The notes under the pieces were generated by a model. That model saw only the letters and a program-made list of their open reading frames with translations. It ran no database searches and was not told the DNA's origin. Shown here one piece after another: positions 60,286-63,415 of a stretch of 63,415 bases of DNA. The stretch spans positions 1 through 63,415 of the forward strand of contig JBGSSK010000168.1 in NCBI GenBank assembly GCA_041737095.1, read 5' to 3'. Numbering within the stretch: the first letter of the stretch is position 1; the number at the start of each line of letters is the position of its first letter. The stretch is from Parvularculaceae bacterium. Lineage in GTDB: Bacteria; Pseudomonadota; Alphaproteobacteria; Caulobacterales; Parvularculaceae. Both the position numbers and the translations under genes were made by a program.

Positions 60286-60429
60286 TCAAATCCCCCAAAT
60301 GCTCCCCGCCGGGAGCGGCCCGGATAACGGTTCTAATAAACAAAGCTCACCGCGGCTACCCGATTTGCGCAACAGACGAAATGCGTCGCATCGGCGCAAC
60401 CTCCTGGCGAACCATGAACCGCGTCTGCC

Positions 60430-61965
60430 CTACAGCCAGAGCATGGTGCGAAGATAGGATGGTCGAACGAGGAGGATGATCGCAAAATACGCGATTGCGC
60501 CGGCGAGAGTCTCGATTAGTAGCTGCGACAGCGCCGGAGACTGGGCGATCGGCGCAAGCGCGCGCGCGGCGAGAACCGCCGCTATCATTGCAATCAGTGC
60601 CGTGTAGATCGGCGCGGAACCTCTGATCGCGCCCCACCACGGCGCGTCGGTATGGCGTACCTGCACCCAAACCGATGTTGCGAAAATGAAGCCGCAGCCG
60701 GCGACGCGCGCCCAGGCGGCGGCGTCCATGCCGAACCGCGTCACGGCGAAGAGCGCAACAACCACAACCGCCGAATTCAGAACGGCAAAAGGCGTAAACG
60801 TTCTTATCTTGCCGGCAACGGTCAGCAGCGGCTCGGTCGCAATCGCAGGCGTCAGCAGAAGCGCCGAAATCGCGAGAATCGAGACAACCGGGGCGGCCGG
60901 CAGCCAGGACTGACCAAGCAATGCTTCGATTAGCGATGGCGACACGACCGCAAGCCCCACGAATATCGGTCCGCTGATCAGCAGCAGTAGCGGGAAGAAG
61001 ATGGCCGCCTCTCCGGCAAGCTCGTGGCGGAGACGCACAGGCGTGTCGGCGCGATCAGCCGCTTTTCTGAAAACCATCCACGCGACAAGTCGCAAAGGCT
61101 CTGAAACGAGCTCTGAAAATGAGGCGACAATTCGTTCGGCAGCCCTGAAATACCCGACATTAGCGACTCCGAGAAAGAGACCGACAATGAAAGTCGACGC
61201 ATAATTGCCGACAAAGCCTGTAATTCGCATGAAAAGAATCTCGCGCGACACGCCGAGAATTTCCCGCACGGTTACGCCGGTCAGCAGCAATTGCAGACGC
61301 CATTGCGCCCAAAACACAACAAGAGCGAGATAAATGACTTGCGCAGCCAGTTTCGACGCACCGAGCGCCAGAACGCCCCACCCGCGATAGAGAAGCAGGA
61401 CGCCGAGAACGAGGCCCGCAATCTCCGACGCGATTGATGCAATGGCGAGCGCCTTGACCTTGTCCTTGCGGACGAGAATTGCGCTGTAGGCGCCGGACAT
61501 CGGGGAAAACAATACGCATAGAGAGAAAATCAGCGAAAGCCACGCGACTTCGAGCAACTGAAACACCGCCGCGATGACACCCGCCGCGATGAAACCAAGC
61601 ATCGCAAGAATGTAGCCCGATAAAATGGAATATGTGACCGCCTGATGCACCGCACGGACGCCGCCGCCCCAACCGAGGATGAATTCCCGCCAGCCTGCGC
61701 CGCCGACGATGAAAAGCAATGTCGACCCGGCTCCGACGAGGGTGAACACGCCGAACTCCGCCGGCGACAACACGCGCGCGGCGACGATGAACATCAGAAG
61801 CTGGGCGATCTGCGAGACGACGCGCGCCGCAAGCGTAGACCCGCCCGCGCTTGCAAGGCTTGATTTCCTCGGCCTCGCCGGATCTCCCGCGACGGCGTCG
61901 CTCACCTGATTGTCGCTCCTCTGCATCCGACACGGCGCAGGCCGCGTCACCGCGATATCTGACAC
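60430..61965 (-). CDS. wzx: Polysaccharide flippase
   Basis: ARVLSPAEFG, about 12-14 TM segments, VGYFRAA, LLGQSW. Confidence 0.87.
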   Translation of the reverse strand: MSDIAVTRPAPCRMQRSDNQVSDAVAGDPARPRKSSLASAGGSTLAARVVSQIAQLLMFIVAARVLSPAEFGVFTLVGAGSTLLFIVGGAGWREFILGWGGGVRAVHQAVTYSILSGYILAMLGFIAAGVIAAVFQLLEVAWLSLIFSLCVLFSPMSGAYSAILVRKDKVKALAIASIASEIAGLVLGVLLLYRGWGVLALGASKLAAQVIYLALVVFWAQWRLQLLLTGVTVREILGVSREILFMRITGFVGNYASTFIVGLFLGVANVGYFRAAERIVASFSELVSEPLRLVAWMVFRKAADRADTPVRLRHELAGEAAIFFPLLLLISGPIFVGLAVVSPSLIEALLGQSWLPAAPVVSILAISALLLTPAIATEPLLTVAGKIRTFTPFAVLNSAVVVVALFAVTRFGMDAAAWARVAGCGFIFATSVWVQVRHTDAPWWGAIRGSAPIYTALIAMIAAVLAARALAPIAQSPALSQLLIETLAGAIAYFAIILLVRPSYLRTMLWL

Positions 61966-62223
61966 TGATCGAGTGGCGTCAACTCGGCGAGCCTGCTAGT
62001 GTCGCCGACGGGGTGCGGCGCCTGACCTGACGATCATCGAGGTCTGACAGCCGTCCGGCGAAACTGTCGAGGGGATGATGGTCGGCGTACAATTGAATAG
62101 CGAAACGATGCTTGCATCAGGCGTTACGCTGACGTCTGCACGGCCTCAAAACTCATCGGAATGTCGAAATTCCTGCTTGAAACTCCCCGGAATGGCGAAA
62201 ACGCGCTCCGCATCTGATCCTCA

Positions 62224-63096
62224 ATGACACGGATTTCCATCATACTTGCCAGTCTGGGTCGGCGCGAAGTGCTGGCGACTCTTGTCGAGAAACTGTCTTG
62301 CCAAACCCGGCGCGCCGACCCAATTTGCATCGTCGTCCCGGGCCCTGATGACGCGCCTCCGCCGCAATCGCTGTTCGGCGCCAGCGTGCTTTATTCCCCA
62401 CCCGGCCTCTGCGCCCAGAGAAATACCGGCATCGACCGTGTGAAGCCAGTGTCCGACATCATCGTCTTCTTCGATGATGATTTTGTCCCGGCGGATGATT
62501 ATCTCGAGCGTCTTGAAGATCTCTTCAAGCGCAACCCACTTATCGCCGGCGCGACCGGACGCGTTTTGCGCGATGGCGTGACTGGACCCGGCTTGACCTT
62601 CGAAGAGGCGGAATCTGCTATCGCCCTCGATTGCATGGCTCCGGAAGCGCCGGAAACGATCGAGCAGCGCATCAGCCTTTATGGATGCAATATGGCGTTT
62701 CGAACGTCCGCAATCGGCGATGAACGCTTTGATGAACGATTGCCGCTTTACGGATGGCTTGAGGATGTCGATTTTTCGACGCGCGCCATGAAATCCGGGC
62801 CGTTGATTCGCTCAAGCCGCCTCGTCGGCGTTCACCTTGGCGTGAAGCGAGGCCGCACATCCGGCATCCGGTTCGGATATTCACAGATAATGAACCCGGT
62901 TTATCTGCGCAAAAAGAGAACGATTGGGCTGCATCACGCCTTCGATAATCTCTATCGCAACATTTTGAGCAATCACGTCCGGGTTTTTGCGCCCGAGCCT
63001 TATGTCGATCGCTGGGGGCGCGTCAAAGGCAATTGGATAGCGTTTTTCGACCTCGCGAGGGGGCGCATCACGCCGGAACGAATTGTCGAGTTCTGA
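62224..63096 (+). CDS. GT2 glycosyltransferase
   Basis: GLCAQRN, FFDDD, YGCNMAFR, LEDVD. Confidence 0.9.
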   Translation: MTRISIILASLGRREVLATLVEKLSCQTRRADPICIVVPGPDDAPPPQSLFGASVLYSPPGLCAQRNTGIDRVKPVSDIIVFFDDDFVPADDYLERLEDLFKRNPLIAGATGRVLRDGVTGPGLTFEEAESAIALDCMAPEAPETIEQRISLYGCNMAFRTSAIGDERFDERLPLYGWLEDVDFSTRAMKSGPLIRSSRLVGVHLGVKRGRTSGIRFGYSQIMNPVYLRKKRTIGLHHAFDNLYRNILSNHVRVFAPEPYVDRWGRVKGNWIAFFDLARGRITPERIVEF

Positions 63097-63415
63097 CCGC
63101 AGCGCCACGCATTTCTCCGTAAATTTCAAGATGTGCGTCGATCCACTGCGCGATCGCGGGTCCGATCTCGTATGCGGAAAGCTCCGCCGCGCGGCTCATC
63201 CGCGCAATCCGTTCGTTGTCCGCTTTCCATTGACTGAGCGCCGAAGCGAAGGCGCCAGTGTCAAACACGTCGACCGTGCAGCCGACGCCGAGCCGTTCGA
63301 GGTCGTCGCCGATAAGGCAGGACTTCGACGCGATGACCGGCACGCCGACGCAACGCGCCTCTGCGGCGGCGAGCCCGAACGGCTCCGTGCAGCGGCTCGG
63401 CATGACGAGCGCGCG
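63068..63415 (-). CDS. GT4 glycosyltransferase, C-terminal fragment (5'-truncated by window)
   Basis: VMPSRCTEPFGLAAAEA..GVPVIAS. Confidence 0.85.
   Translation of the reverse strand, partial: RALVMPSRCTEPFGLAAAEARCVGVPVIASKSCLIGDDLERLGVGCTVDVFDTGAFASALSQWKADNERIARMSRAAELSAYEIGPAIAQWIDAHLEIYGEMRGAAVRTRQFVPA

Noticed and set aside
60382-60390. TGCGTCGCA as a further PhaR-like site
   Set aside because: Core only without the AT-rich flanks; expected by chance in GC-rich DNA
61966-62223. Possible ncRNA or riboswitch in the wzx/GT2 intergenic region (also 51555-51770)
   Set aside because: No recognisable family motif or convincing structure by eye; an Rfam/Infernal scan would decide

Overview
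GC-rich alphaproteobacterial-type window (lineage is an inference from gene content) with three blocks. No rRNA, tRNA, CRISPR, integrase or transposase was seen. (1) 1-10.9 kb: sugar catabolic cluster with a PfkB kinase, LacD/YihT-type aldolase, L-fucose-isomerase-family protein, GH31 glycosidase, TRAP transporter and TonB receptor. It resembles a hybrid sulfoglycolysis (sulfoquinovose) pathway and is flanked by an LMW-PTP homologue that has lost its catalytic Cys. (2) 11.0-43.1 kb: a ~32 kb catabolic island for an unknown substrate. It encodes a haem c/PQQ PVA-dehydrogenase-like enzyme, three Rieske oxygenase alpha subunits, a ferredoxin, three GSTs, five SDRs, an HMGS-like/DUF35 fusion plus thiolase, CoA enzymes, AcoABC, paired ABM/VOC/NTF2 proteins, a TonB receptor and one TetR. 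Eight copies of the palindrome AAAAACAATCA-(N0 or N4)-TGATTGTTTTT, read directly from the intergenic DNA, tie the island into one putative TetR regulon. A second motif, TGTTGC-N3-GCA (PhaR-like), occurs at four divergent promoters across all three blocks. (3) 43.2-63.4 kb: Wzx/Wzy-type exopolysaccharide cluster with unusual tailoring genes, including a proline-dehydrogenase homologue lacking the substrate RR motif, a membrane Fe/2OG hydroxylase, two GNATs and a degenerate Wzc. All functional calls come from motif reading, not database searches.
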